A stretch of 47,288 bases of DNA, from contig JAHJEM010000070.1 of assembly GCA_018825425.1 (NCBI GenBank), forward strand, positions 1 to 47,288. Reading direction: 5' to 3'. Below are positions 9,337-20,063 of the stretch, in pieces (within the stretch, counting starts at the first letter, position 1; each line of letters opens with the position of its first letter). This DNA is from Nanobdellota archaeon. GTDB taxonomy: Archaea > Nanobdellota > Nanobdellia > Woesearchaeales > JAHJEM01. The notes below the pieces were generated by a model. That model was not told the origin of the DNA and ran no database searches. It saw only the letters and a list, made by a program, of their open reading frames with translations. A program made the position numbers and the translations under genes.

Positions 9337-12136
9337 TTTCAAAAATTTGTTTTAGGAATTGACCTGTATAACTCTTCGTGTTTTTGATGAGTTCTTCTGG
9401 CGTTCCTGATCCTATGATTTGTCCTCCAGCATCTCCGCCTTCAGGCCCTAGATCAATGATATGATCTGCAGATTTGACTACATCAAGATTGTGCTCAATG
9501 ACCAGAACTGAGTTTCCTTTTGAGACCAAGTCATCAAGTACCTTTATTAATTTTTTGACGTCGTGAAAATGCAGGCCTGTTGTTGGTTCATCAAGCAGAT
9601 ACATGGTTTTGCCTGTGGCTTTTTTCGATAGTTCTCTTGTGAGCTTAATTCTCTGGGCTTCACCTCCTGAAAGGGTTGTTGAACTCTGGCCCAGTTTTAG
9701 ATAATCAAGACCGACTCTCTTTAAGGTCTCAATCTTATTTTTTATGCTTGGGATATTTATGAATAGTTCATACGCCTCCTCAACACTCATATCAAGAACA
9801 TCTGCAATGCTTTTATCTTTGTATTTCACTTCAAGAGTCTCAGCATTATACCTCTTGCCCTTGCATTCTTCACATTCTACATATACATCAGGCAAAAAAT
9901 TCATCTCAATCTTGATAAGGCCATCTCCTTGACAAGCTTCGCATCTGCCGCCTCTGACATTGAACGAGAAGCGTCCAGGCATATAGCCTCTAAGTTTAGC
10001 TTCCTTGGTTGAGGCAAATATTTTTCGAATCTCATCAAATGTTTTTGTATAAGTTGCAGGGTTACTCCTGGGAGTTCTTCCAATTGGCGTCTGGTCAATA
10101 ACAATGACTTTATCAATCTCAGAGTCAAATTCAATTCTATCATGCTTGCCAGGTCGGACTTTGGAATTGTAAAGCTTTTTTTGAAGTGCTTTGTAAAGAA
10201 TCTCATAAATTAATGTTGATTTTCCACTACCTGAAACACCGGTTATCAGAGTCAGGACGCCTAGAGGGATTTTCGCATCAATGTTTTTAAGATTATTATG
10301 TTTACAACCAAATATTGTTAGGAACTCTTTTGTGGTTCTACGTTTCTCAGGAAAATCAATAGTGCGTTTTCCAGATAGATATTGTCCAGTCAGACTTTTT
10401 GGATTACTTTGGATCTGTTTTGGTGTGCCTTCTGCAATAATCTTTCCACCATGAATCCCTGCGCCAGGACCCATATCAACAACATAATCTGCATTCTTAA
10501 TAGTATCTTCATCATGCTCGACTACAATTAATGTGTTTCCAAGGTCGCGCAGGTGGTGAAGTGTTTGTATAAGTTTATGATTATCTCTTTGGTGCAATCC
10601 TATTGAAGGTTCATCAAGAATATATAGAACACCCATAAGATTGGATCCAATCTGTGTTGCAAGCCGGATCCTTTGAGCTTCTCCACCTGAAAGAGACCCT
10701 GCAGAACGAGACAATGTGATATAGGATAATCCAACTTTGTCCAGGAATGAAAGTCGTTCATTGATCTCTTTTAGGACTTGTTTTGCAATCTCCTTCTTCT
10801 TTGGATCAAGCTTAAGATTCTTGAAGAATATTTTGGCGTCAGAGATAGGAAGATCAGTCACATCAATAATCGATTTATTGTTGATTTTTACTGCGAGCAC
10901 TTTGGGTTTCAATCTTTTTCCCTCACAGTCTGGGCATTTAGACACTCTCATGTGTTTCTCGAGTTCAGTCCTTCTGTAATCAGACGTTGTCTGATGATAA
11001 AGTCTGTCTGATTGAGGAATCAAACCTTCCCAAGTGCCCTTATGTGACCAATTGGCATCGCCATTTTTCATAACCATGTTAAACTTGATCCGTTCAGTAG
11101 AACCATACATCAATATGTCGTGCTGTTTCTTGGTCAAATCTTTAATTGGGGTGAGTACAGAAAATTGAAAATGTTTAGCAACAGCTGCCAAGTACTGTCC
11201 ACGCCAGCCATCGATTGCATTTCGATAGAGCGAGACTGCGCCGTCCGCAATAGCCTTGTTCTTATCTGGGATTATTAGATCTGGATCAAATTCCATCTTA
11301 ATTCCTAGGCCATGACAGGCCTCGCACGCACCAAATGGGCTGTTAAATGAGAACATCCTGGGTTGAAGCTCTTCAAAACTTGTGTCGCAATGTGGACATG
11401 TCATCTTAGACGAGAAAACCTTGTCTCCGCTTTTCTCTTGGTTGATAATAACTAATCCAGCACCCTTTGATATTGCGGTCTCGACAGATTCTGCAAGCCG
11501 AGTCTTATCAGATATATCAAGCCTGTCAACAACGATGTCTATATCATGCTTTTTGTATCGCTCCAACTTGACCTTATCAGTTGTCTTCTGGATTTTACCA
11601 TTGACACGCACTCTTGAGAAACCTTCCTTGTTTAGATCCTCTATTAATTTCTCATAGGTTCCTTTTTTTTGGCGAACAATAGGTGAGAGAATTGTGATTT
11701 GGCCTTTGAAAAAGTTTGATATACGTTCAGTTATCTTCTGAGACGATTGAGATTCAATTAGTATGTTGTGAGTCGGGCAGTAGGGTGTTCCAATCCTTGC
11801 AAAAAGCAATCTTAAGTAATCATAAACCTCTGTCACAGTCCCAACAGTACTTCTGGGATTCTTGCTCGTTGTTTTCTGCTCAATAGAAATTGCTGGTGAG
11901 AGACCATCAATACTATCCACATCTGGTTTGTTCATAAGCCCGAGGAACTGCCTAGCATATGCGGAGAGTGATTCTACATATCTTCTCTGGCCTTCGGCGT
12001 ATATTGTGTCAAATGCGAGAGTAGATTTGCCACTTCCTGAGAGGCCAGTTACAACAATAAACTTGTCTCTAGGAAGAGTTACATTGACATTTCTGAGATT
12101 GTGCTCTCTAGCGCCCTTTATCACAATATCTTTCAT
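9296..12136 (-). CDS. uvrA: Excinuclease ABC subunit A
   Basis: Two ABC ATPase modules ([24 protein letters not shown] twice) and zinc fingers. Confidence 0.98.
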   Translation of the reverse strand: MKDIVIKGAREHNLRNVNVTLPRDKFIVVTGLSGSGKSTLAFDTIYAEGQRRYVESLSAYARQFLGLMNKPDVDSIDGLSPAISIEQKTTSKNPRSTVGTVTEVYDYLRLLFARIGTPYCPTHNILIESQSSQKITERISNFFKGQITILSPIVRQKKGTYEKLIEDLNKEGFSRVRVNGKIQKTTDKVKLERYKKHDIDIVVDRLDISDKTRLAESVETAISKGAGLVIINQEKSGDKVFSSKMTCPHCDTSFEELQPRMFSFNSPFGACEACHGLGIKMEFDPDLIIPDKNKAIADGAVSLYRNAIDGWRGQYLAAVAKHFQFSVLTPIKDLTKKQHDILMYGSTERIKFNMVMKNGDANWSHKGTWEGLIPQSDRLYHQTTSDYRRTELEKHMRVSKCPDCEGKRLKPKVLAVKINNKSIIDVTDLPISDAKIFFKNLKLDPKKKEIAKQVLKEINERLSFLDKVGLSYITLSRSAGSLSGGEAQRIRLATQIGSNLMGVLYILDEPSIGLHQRDNHKLIQTLHHLRDLGNTLIVVEHDEDTIKNADYVVDMGPGAGIHGGKIIAEGTPKQIQSNPKSLTGQYLSGKRTIDFPEKRRTTKEFLTIFGCKHNNLKNIDAKIPLGVLTLITGVSGSGKSTLIYEILYKALQKKLYNSKVRPGKHDRIEFDSEIDKVIVIDQTPIGRTPRSNPATYTKTFDEIRKIFASTKEAKLRGYMPGRFSFNVRGGRCEACQGDGLIKIEMNFLPDVYVECEECKGKRYNAETLEVKYKDKSIADVLDMSVEEAYELFINIPSIKNKIETLKRVGLDYLKLGQSSTTLSGGEAQRIKLTRELSKKATGKTMYLLDEPTTGLHFHDVKKLIKVLDDLVSKGNSVLVIEHNLDVVKSADHIIDLGPEGGDAGGQIIGSGTPEELIKNTKSYTGQFLKQIFENGRKEKTSQKITS

Positions 12137-12258
12137 ATTTAAAGGAAATTTTTCAAGGGTTTATATTGTTTACCCCAATATGTCCAGTGGTATTTTGGAT
12201 ATGTTCCTATGAGTTATAGACGATATCTTTTTAAACATAAGAATGGTGGTTATTATGT

Positions 12259-14151
12259 ATGGAAAAAAACGTAGGATTCCATGTGAGAATTACTTGGAAA
12301 GTGCTTATTGTTCTAATTGCAATTCTCTTGTTTTTATCAGGTGTAGCATATTTGTTTTGGCCATTTGACTATAGTCTTACAATTGCAAATACTAAAGGGG
12401 ATGAGATACTGACTAATGTTCTCATAACTGAATCTGATGGGGGCATTGTCTTTTCTGATTATACTAGCAGTTTAGATATTCGTTTGTGGAAAGGCAACTA
12501 TACAATCCATCTGGAAGCAGAGGGTTATGCAATCCAAGAGGAACTGCTTGTCAACAAGGTAGGATTCAAGCAGAATAAAGATTTGGTTGAAACAAGAACT
12601 CTGCAACCTGTCATGCTTCGTGTTTCATCATTTGCATTTACTGATCCCACAACCACACTGGAACTTTCCCCAATGTTGTATGCAAAAGGGATCAATATTC
12701 TTGGTGACACTGTAAATCAAGAGTTGGGTCCTGAACAAGAGTTGATGTATGGTAATTATATTATAACTGTTTATGATAAGAATTTTGCTCGTGATGCAGA
12801 GATTCATGGTGATAGAATTTTCTTATATGGTGAACCCCAGAATATGCTCTTGTTAGAGCCAAATGATAATTTCTTGCGGCTTGAACCTAAAGAAGTTGAA
12901 TATGTTTTCAATTATATCTCAGATTTTTTGGAATATTCAGAACATCTTGCTTCAGACGACCGTGGACTCCCAAAACAATTCTATATTTATTCTAAAGATC
13001 ATGTGATGTCGTTGGGAGACATGTTGTTTCTTGTCTGTTTAAAGGGAGCATATGTAGGGCCGGGTGCAGATTATCAATACTATATGCCAAAATGGAAAGA
13101 ATATACTCTGGGTGAACTTGCACACAATCATACTGATTGTTATGCCTCTGCCTTGAATGGTACCATTCCTGGTATGGTTGAAAATGGTGGTTCTGATGCG
13201 CAAGTATTTGAGTTATTAAAAGCGGCGGCAATCAGCAGTGTAAAACCTCTTGAACTTAATACCAAGAAACGCGGTCCTGACATCGCATTCACATTTGACA
13301 TTGAAGCAGGAAGATATGTCTGGGAAGATAATGGATTGAGTATTGGTCCTTGTGAGAGTGCTGATTATTCGCTTGGTTTAAAGGATGATGAGATAGTTTG
13401 TGATGATCCTGCATATGTTGCTTGGATGACTCCAACTACTGGCGAGACCACTTACACTCAATATCCATATCCACAAGTATCAAACCTTCTTGGATATGAG
13501 CAGATACTGGATTATTCGGAAAGATATGGCATACCGACGACAAATTACATAGTAAAAAAAGATCTTTTGGCAATTCAAAAACTTGATCAATCATTGATTG
13601 ATCGGACCAATGTGTTGATTGGAGATGGGTTGTTTGAAGTTGGATCCCATACAAGATATCATACTCATCTTGGTGTGGTTGAGCCAGCCATTGCCAGGGC
13701 CGAGATTCGTAAGTCAAAGGAATTCTTAGAAGAATACTTTGATACCTCTGTTTATGGGATTCGTGCTCCGTATCTCAGTAAAATAGGTGATGAAGATAAT
13801 CATGCAGATGAAGTCCAGAAAGCAGGATATGCCTATTATTCTAGTGTCGGGGAAAATTTCGGTAAGGTCCGAGGAAAAGGTCTTGTCCATAAGCCTTATT
13901 CTGGCGAACCATATCTTGCGTATGACAACCCAATAGATTTCCGTCACAAAGTGAATACATATAGCTACCTGATCACATTGGATCATCCGTGGAACCTGGT
14001 CTATGACGAGGTTGAGGAAGAGGAGTATAAGTTGCGGGAGAATCCTGGTTTGTTGGATAATCATCGTGCACTCATCTTGACTGCAATTTCCAATGGTGGT
14101 ATACTTGTTCTTGCAAAGGATCTGAGATTGTATAAGGGATTCACTTATTGA
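12259..14151 (+). CDS. Membrane-anchored polysaccharide deacetylase (NodB/CE4-like) domain protein
   Basis: N-terminal TM; FTFDIE, EVGSHTRYH, GIRAPYL and DHPW motifs. Confidence 0.75.
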   Translation: MEKNVGFHVRITWKVLIVLIAILLFLSGVAYLFWPFDYSLTIANTKGDEILTNVLITESDGGIVFSDYTSSLDIRLWKGNYTIHLEAEGYAIQEELLVNKVGFKQNKDLVETRTLQPVMLRVSSFAFTDPTTTLELSPMLYAKGINILGDTVNQELGPEQELMYGNYIITVYDKNFARDAEIHGDRIFLYGEPQNMLLLEPNDNFLRLEPKEVEYVFNYISDFLEYSEHLASDDRGLPKQFYIYSKDHVMSLGDMLFLVCLKGAYVGPGADYQYYMPKWKEYTLGELAHNHTDCYASALNGTIPGMVENGGSDAQVFELLKAAAISSVKPLELNTKKRGPDIAFTFDIEAGRYVWEDNGLSIGPCESADYSLGLKDDEIVCDDPAYVAWMTPTTGETTYTQYPYPQVSNLLGYEQILDYSERYGIPTTNYIVKKDLLAIQKLDQSLIDRTNVLIGDGLFEVGSHTRYHTHLGVVEPAIARAEIRKSKEFLEEYFDTSVYGIRAPYLSKIGDEDNHADEVQKAGYAYYSSVGENFGKVRGKGLVHKPYSGEPYLAYDNPIDFRHKVNTYSYLITLDHPWNLVYDEVEEEEYKLRENPGLLDNHRALILTAISNGGILVLAKDLRLYKGFTY

Positions 14152-14909
14152 GTTGATTTCTCATATGATTTTTCATTTGTAGTGGATCTTATGTTGTCAT
14201 AAACTGCTCTTACCAACCTTGGTCCAAGTTCAACCAAGGGTACTGATATTGCAAACCTTTGTGGCATGACAAAATAAACATGTCTCTTGTTGAAATTGCC
14301 ATCTCTTACTGAGTTTGCCACTGTCAAGTCTGATCCGCTTTTTAATCCGTGTTCATATGCTCTTCCGATGAGTTCATAATCATCAACATCTGCTAGGAGC
14401 TTGAATCCCACCTGGTACACATCTAGTTTCCATTCCTTTACTTTGCCTATGACCTTGGGCAGTTTCTCTAGCTCAATTGTCATCTTGTCCTGGCTTGAAC
14501 TGATCTTTCCTTTCTGGTGCCTTGCGCCATAATCTGATACTGCTGCTGCAAGAACCACCACGTCAATCGGCTCGCTTTTCAGCACGCGTTCTAGGGTGTC
14601 ATGATACTGTGCAAAGGTCTGGATCACGTATTCATGTAGACGGTTTGCATGGACAAGGTATCTGTTGGTTGCAGTATGCAACCGCATTATCTCATCTTCC
14701 AGGTTCTTGTTTGGATCCAAGGCGAGTTGGCTGCGAAATGGTCTTTTAGCATGCTTGCTATGAATATAATGAACACTTGCGCCAGATTCAAGGAAAGCTT
14801 CAGCAATTCTTGCACCTGTGCTTCCACCACTGAAGTTACCTATGTGTCTTATGTCGTCTATTTTTGTAATAGTTCCTCCGCTTGTGATCAAAACTTCTAG
14901 TGGTTTCAT
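14145..14909 (-). CDS. coaB: Stand-alone phosphopantothenate-cysteine ligase
   Basis: VLITSGGT..ID.IR.I.N.S.G..G, AAAVSDY, KISS, VGFKL, VAN motifs. Confidence 0.85.
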   Translation of the reverse strand: MKPLEVLITSGGTITKIDDIRHIGNFSGGSTGARIAEAFLESGASVHYIHSKHAKRPFRSQLALDPNKNLEDEIMRLHTATNRYLVHANRLHEYVIQTFAQYHDTLERVLKSEPIDVVVLAAAVSDYGARHQKGKISSSQDKMTIELEKLPKVIGKVKEWKLDVYQVGFKLLADVDDYELIGRAYEHGLKSGSDLTVANSVRDGNFNKRHVYFVMPQRFAISVPLVELGPRLVRAVYDNIRSTTNEKSYEKSTQ

Positions 14910-14921
14910 TTTTTCCTCGTT

Positions 14922-15548
14922 CTATATATCTAATTTTAACTGCTCAACCTCTTCTTCAGGATTATCCTGGGCTTTTGCGTATCTCAACATTGCATTTACA
15001 ATCGCAGTCAACCTTGGCATCTTGGCTTTTCCCTCACCAACGCGTGGTGGAATGATATTGATGCCATATTTTTCTGATTTCTCCAGGTTTTCTTGGAGCA
15101 TTGGATTCTGATACAGTGTTTCATGCATTGTTGGGGCAAGATACACAGGAACTCCTTTGCCGAGCGCACTTGCTATTAGTGTTGTTACGGGGTTATCTGC
15201 AATTCCTGAGAAAATCTTGTTGATGGTGTTTGTGGTTGCAGGTGCTACTAACACTATGTCTTCTAGGCAGATGTGCTCTGAATTTCCACTGAGCTCTGTC
15301 ACAACAGGATTACCGCTTCCCCATTGAAGACTTGCTTCACCTACAAACTTATGGGCCTCGTAAGTTGTGTATACATTGACATTCGCACCATATCTTCTAA
15401 GATGTCGTGCGATTTTTGGAACTTCTATTGCTGCAATTCCTCCTGTTACGCATAGACCAATTGAATAATCATCTAGTTGATGTCCGATTCTCTCGACCTG
15501 CAAATCCTCATTTTTTCTCTTTTCGAGTCTTTCATATTCTTGTGTCAT
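14922..15548 (-). CDS. coaC: Stand-alone phosphopantothenoylcysteine decarboxylase (HFCD flavoprotein), archaeal type
   Basis: VTGGIAA, EHI, VAPATTNTINK, APTMH and archaeal-style PRVGEGKAK. Confidence 0.85.
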   Translation of the reverse strand: MTQEYERLEKRKNEDLQVERIGHQLDDYSIGLCVTGGIAAIEVPKIARHLRRYGANVNVYTTYEAHKFVGEASLQWGSGNPVVTELSGNSEHICLEDIVLVAPATTNTINKIFSGIADNPVTTLIASALGKGVPVYLAPTMHETLYQNPMLQENLEKSEKYGINIIPPRVGEGKAKMPRLTAIVNAMLRYAKAQDNPEEEVEQLKLDI

Positions 15549-15563
15549 TTTTTTCTCCCAGTT

Positions 15564-16430
15564 TTAATCTCCATTTGATAAGTCTAATTTTGGTAGTATC
15601 AGGTCTGCATTCCTGTAGTACACTTGACTTTTCTCATAATCTGAGAAATCTCGCATAGCAGTCTCTATGAAGTAAACAGAATCCTCATGAGTCTGTACTG
15701 GAAAATCAGTCCCGAACAAGAGCCTTGTAGGTCCGACTTCATGCAATACCTTTCGGATGTCCTCAACTGCTCTTGGTATGTCTGCCCTATCAAATTTTGA
15801 ATCAATCAATCCGCTCATGTCAGTGTACAGGTTTGGATTTCTTTTCATGACCTCAATTAAGTCATCGGTGAATGGTTTGCACAAGTGGCAAGCGATGATT
15901 GGTGTTTTTTCGTATCTTTGAGCCACGAATTCAAGATCTCTTGCCTTGACCATACCTGCAATTGCAGGTGTTCCATACTTTCTCATACTGGAGTATGAAT
16001 ATCCGCAATGGAATGCCATTGGCAGTTCATGTGTTTCTGCAATGTCTGCTACCTGTTGGAATTCCATTGATCTCAGGTCAATATGCTGATATCCGGTGTA
16101 AATCTTTACACCTTGGATGTTTCCTTCCTCAGCCAACTCATTTAACTCGTTCATACCCTGGTGGAGGTAATGTTCGAAGTCTAAGCTTCCGAAGATATGA
16201 AATGTGTCTGGGTGTGCTCTCCTATTTGTTTGCCTGACCCAATGAACCATCCTATAATTGGAAACACCTGATGCCTTGTGCGGAAAATAGGTTGCGAGGA
16301 GCACTGTTCGCTCCACATTGTGAATTTCCATCTGTTCTAGGATGTGATCAAGATCTGCGCTGGGCGGTAGTGTGTCTTTGACTTTTCTATTGGTCGTGTG
16401 GCAGTGAATGTCCATTTTTTTCATTTTCAT
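15564..16430 (-). CDS. Amidohydrolase family (Amidohydro_2) metalloprotein
   Basis: DIHCH, GVKIY, FHCG, CHL, LLFGTDFP; start probably at ATG 16430 or 16424. Confidence 0.85.
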   Translation of the reverse strand: MKMKKMDIHCHTTNRKVKDTLPPSADLDHILEQMEIHNVERTVLLATYFPHKASGVSNYRMVHWVRQTNRRAHPDTFHIFGSLDFEHYLHQGMNELNELAEEGNIQGVKIYTGYQHIDLRSMEFQQVADIAETHELPMAFHCGYSYSSMRKYGTPAIAGMVKARDLEFVAQRYEKTPIIACHLCKPFTDDLIEVMKRNPNLYTDMSGLIDSKFDRADIPRAVEDIRKVLHEVGPTRLLFGTDFPVQTHEDSVYFIETAMRDFSDYEKSQVYYRNADLILPKLDLSNGD

Positions 16431-16469
16431 CACAATAATGGTTGCCAAAAGGAATCTTTATATTTACTC

Positions 16470-16513
16470 TATAAATCTTTAAAGAACTATAAATTATAGA
16501 AAGATTTATATAT
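16470..16513. promoter_or_regulatory. Back-to-back BRE/TATA promoters
   Basis: AAAGATTTATA on both strands (16470-16480 minus, 16500-16510 plus) between divergent genes. Confidence 0.55.
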
Positions 16514-16528
16514 GGGTTTGTCGTCTAA

Positions 16529-17437
16529 ATGATTGTGAGAGTAGTAGAAAGAAGTGTTCAGGAAATAGGAAAATCCCTTCTTATAACTCTACCTAAAGAA
16601 TGGGTTAATCTACTGGGTGTAAAAAAGGGCAACAAGCTTAAGATACTAATTTCTGAAAGAGGAACCCTTCAGGTCTCTCCTGAGTTCATTGATGGGGATG
16701 AACACACAACCGTGACTCTGCACTATGATCAACATTTCAAGAGACGATTCTTGAGAGATTATTTTAATGGCAATGAAAGAATTGTCATCAAATTCAAGAG
16801 ACCTTTGAGTGAGGTTGAACGAAAGGATCTCTATGTATTCCTGAAACGATTTATGAATGCTCAGATAATTGAAGAGACTCCGACCAAGAAGGTGGTTAAA
16901 TGCTTCAAGATAGATGAACTTTCAATAGACGAATGCCTGCGCAGGATGTTTTTCTTGTGTATGAATATATTTGATGAGGCTGTGGAAGGCAGGAGCCATG
17001 CCAAGATGCAGGAACTCCTTGATACCATGAGAAGATTCTATTATATGCTTGTCATGCAGGTGAGAAGGTTCTTATCTGAAGGAAAATATGTCAAGGAAAA
17101 CCAGATTCCACTTATTAGGGCACTGGATTTTCGGATGGTTGCAGAGAAAGTTGAGAGAATAGGTCACTTTGCTCAGGAATTAGGTATGTCAAAGCACCTC
17201 AATATCAAATATGTAAAGATTGCACGTGATTATTTCCAGAGATCGTTCAATTGTTTTATCAAACCAGATTATGATAAGGCAACTCCTTTGTGGCAAGAAG
17301 CATGGGTTATTCAGAAACAGATAGAAAAGAAGATAGACCAAGCACATAAATCAGGAAATATTGACAATTACCAGGAATTTAGTACTTTGCTCTGGATAAG
17401 TAGGACTTCAAAGGATATCAGCATGCTCATCAGATAA
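16529..17437 (+). CDS. AbrB/MazE-domain plus PhoU-like regulator
   Basis: RSVQEIGKSLLITLPKEW N-terminus; PhoU-like VAEKVERIGH. Confidence 0.8.
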   Translation: MIVRVVERSVQEIGKSLLITLPKEWVNLLGVKKGNKLKILISERGTLQVSPEFIDGDEHTTVTLHYDQHFKRRFLRDYFNGNERIVIKFKRPLSEVERKDLYVFLKRFMNAQIIEETPTKKVVKCFKIDELSIDECLRRMFFLCMNIFDEAVEGRSHAKMQELLDTMRRFYYMLVMQVRRFLSEGKYVKENQIPLIRALDFRMVAEKVERIGHFAQELGMSKHLNIKYVKIARDYFQRSFNCFIKPDYDKATPLWQEAWVIQKQIEKKIDQAHKSGNIDNYQEFSTLLWISRTSKDISMLIR

Positions 17438-17520
17438 TAATCAGAGAGAATACAACAAAATTACATTAAATTTAAATATAACTTGATTGGAAATAATATA
17501 AGAAAGTGAGGTGGGCAAAA

Positions 17521-18393
17521 ATGAAGAAACTATTCTTGATTATTCTTTGTATACTCGTCACTCTATTATTTTTGACGGGCTGCGATAATAAGAAAAAGAT
17601 TGAAGACAAAGTTGATGAGATCACAGATGTCTTAGATGCTTGTCCTGATTGCGAGGAGTGTCCTTCGCCTGATGAATGTCCAACCTGTGATGACTGTATA
17701 TGCCAGGATTGTGCAGAATGCGAAGTATGTGGTGACACAGGTAACCTTATGGAACTTGAGTTTGAAGATGTAGAGTTGTTAGAATTGGATGACTCAGGAA
17801 GCAAAGAAAGCAGAAATTTCTATTACAATGGTGCAGAGTATGATACTCTAAACAATGCACATCTTGTTTTCAAACCACGATGTGATAATGATGTTGAAGC
17901 GATGAGAATTGAAGTAAATGACGATAAAGTCTTTGATGGTGAGATTAATTGTGGAGTCATCAATGATATAGACTTGGATATTGCATATGTTGATGCAGGA
18001 AGGAATTCATTGACATTGATCTCTTCTGGAGAATATATGGTAACAAACATTGTTTTGCATTCTGAATTTGATGGTCTTGATCCTCAAGAGGAAGTTGTTT
18101 TTGACGTACAATTCGAGATTGACGATGATGAGATTGAATTCAAATCATTATCAGACTTTACACTCAAGAATTATTACGAATATGAGATAAATCTGGATGA
18201 GGATGATATAGAGAAAGACTTGATATTGGCATTTGATGCACCAGATAACAATGACGGCGATGTACGTGTGTTGTTCAATGATGAAGAGATCTATTATGGT
18301 ATTGCAAAGAAAAGGAACAACAGGATTAGTATTCCAAAGGTAGACTTGAGCAAAGGAGAGAATTACCTTACCATAATTGGCATACCAAAATAG
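17521..18393 (+). CDS. Acidic lipoprotein with Cys-rich CxxC stalk
   Basis: SD GAGGTG; MKK signal with lipobox LTGC; CPDCEECPSPDECPTCDDCICQDCAECEVC; two similar beta domains. Confidence 0.7.
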   Translation: MKKLFLIILCILVTLLFLTGCDNKKKIEDKVDEITDVLDACPDCEECPSPDECPTCDDCICQDCAECEVCGDTGNLMELEFEDVELLELDDSGSKESRNFYYNGAEYDTLNNAHLVFKPRCDNDVEAMRIEVNDDKVFDGEINCGVINDIDLDIAYVDAGRNSLTLISSGEYMVTNIVLHSEFDGLDPQEEVVFDVQFEIDDDEIEFKSLSDFTLKNYYEYEINLDEDDIEKDLILAFDAPDNNDGDVRVLFNDEEIYYGIAKKRNNRISIPKVDLSKGENYLTIIGIPK

Positions 18394-18404
18394 GATAAGT
18401 TAAT

Positions 18405-19379
18405 ATGATATCAAAGCCGCAAAAAAAGGAGAAGCATCATACCATAGAGTCTGCTCTGTCAAATGATCGCTCTGGAGGCTTTGTTATCCAGTTTCTCACA
18501 CCTCTGTACAACCTGATTGCGGCTCTGTCCAAAGGACGCCTCACTTTCAGTCCGAGTTTTTGGAGTATTGTATCAATTGCATGTATATTGACTCTTATCA
18601 TATTGAATAAGGTTGCTGCAGGATACCTATTGACCATGGCACTGGTCACCCTAGTTTTTGAATTCTTCTCTACAAACCCACAGATATTCAGGAAGAGTGG
18701 GGTGGACGATGATGATGAATATAAATATGCATTCTTGGCAGGTGCAAATGGAGAATCCTTGTTGCGAGTGGAAAATTTCTTGGAGGAATCCAAGCTGGAT
18801 TTTGATCAATTAAAGCAACTGCTCACATCTAAACATGGCAAGAGTCTTCAGATATACAAGAAGATTGCAGAGACTCAAGTGTTCACCGCAGATTTCATCG
18901 ACTACATGTTTGAGGCCAGGATGGACAAATATTTATCAGATGAGGCAATTAGTTTGCTTGTAGAAGCAAGCCAATCATGTATGAATGTGGAGACCTTTGA
19001 AAGACTCTATGGACGAGGATGCGTACGGCTTAGAGGTACTTTGGTTCTCAAGAATCCTGATCTAATCCAGAATAAGAATTGGTTTCAGAGATTCACTTTT
19101 CCTTGGCTTAAGATTGAATCTTGGTTCACATATTTCTTTGCAGAACCGAGCAAGAAATTCTTAGTATCCTTGCTGATTATGGGTGGGATTGTTTTCTTTA
19201 GCCGAGACTATATACTCAACCCCATAACTGAGTTACCAGAGTTGTCTTTGGTAGCAAGTTCAGCAGTTGGATACTTTGTGGGTACTTGGTTGTTTGGATT
19301 TATAATATTGGTCATCTACCTGAAAATGCGACGTTGGATCACAATCTATTGGTGGGGTGTAGTTTACAGAAGAAAATGA
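18405..19379 (+). CDS. Hypothetical membrane protein
   Basis: 324-aa ORF with two TM pairs flanking a helical soluble region. Confidence 0.6.
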   Translation: MISKPQKKEKHHTIESALSNDRSGGFVIQFLTPLYNLIAALSKGRLTFSPSFWSIVSIACILTLIILNKVAAGYLLTMALVTLVFEFFSTNPQIFRKSGVDDDDEYKYAFLAGANGESLLRVENFLEESKLDFDQLKQLLTSKHGKSLQIYKKIAETQVFTADFIDYMFEARMDKYLSDEAISLLVEASQSCMNVETFERLYGRGCVRLRGTLVLKNPDLIQNKNWFQRFTFPWLKIESWFTYFFAEPSKKFLVSLLIMGGIVFFSRDYILNPITELPELSLVASSAVGYFVGTWLFGFIILVIYLKMRRWITIYWWGVVYRRK

Positions 19380-19392
19380 GTTAGAAATCGCT

Positions 19393-19977
19393 TCACTTCT
19401 TTTTCTTGATATTTAGTTTCTTATACGCTATGAATATAACCAATATTAGCTCAAGTAGGATGACAATAGGCCGTAGCCAACTCAAGAAGTCAGAGAAATA
19501 CAGCCCTGTTCCGATGAATAGGGTCATGAGTCCGCCAAAGAGGAAACCTGTTCCTACCCACTCGTTGAGAGGATTCTTACTTGCTGGGAGCCAAATACCG
19601 ATTGCCACAGCTACAAGTCCCAAGACTGCGGCGATCAGGAAGGTCCAAAACTTGAATTGACTCTGAGCTTGTTCGTACTCGTATTGGCAGATCTCACATT
19701 TCCATGCGATTGGGCATCCATCAAAATCAGTTTCCCATTGGATATCACCATGTATTTCTTTGCATGCATCTTTATCTTCCTGAAGAGTTTCAGATATGTC
19801 TGGGCATGAAAAATTCCTTTCAGCATTATACACATACGGTTTGACAGGCCGTTCATTAGTATCGCAAAAATCATCCCAGTCAGGATTCGGATTCACAGCC
19901 TCATTCAAAGAGAACACGAATACTGTGAATAATACTGTGATGATCAATACAGCCATGATACGTCGAAAGTCAGCCAT
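19393..19977 (-). CDS. Hypothetical membrane protein with Cys-containing extracellular loop
   Basis: One N-terminal TM, Cys-rich loop, three C-terminal TMs. Confidence 0.7.
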   Translation of the reverse strand: MADFRRIMAVLIITVLFTVFVFSLNEAVNPNPDWDDFCDTNERPVKPYVYNAERNFSCPDISETLQEDKDACKEIHGDIQWETDFDGCPIAWKCEICQYEYEQAQSQFKFWTFLIAAVLGLVAVAIGIWLPASKNPLNEWVGTGFLFGGLMTLFIGTGLYFSDFLSWLRPIVILLELILVIFIAYKKLNIKKKK

Positions 19978-20063
19978 ATAAATGCTTAAGACAGATGAAA
20001 TATATAAACTTTATTGAATATTAAACAAAAATCTTTATAAATGCATCAAACTGAAGTAGAAAC

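Noticed and set aside
5802..12212. Numerous 60-180-aa antisense ORFs within uvrABC and other genes
   Set aside because: They lie opposite well-supported genes and have no motifs or ribosome-binding sites.
16470..16510. 11-bp inverted repeat as an operator or transposon end
   Set aside because: Explained by two divergent BRE-TATA elements.
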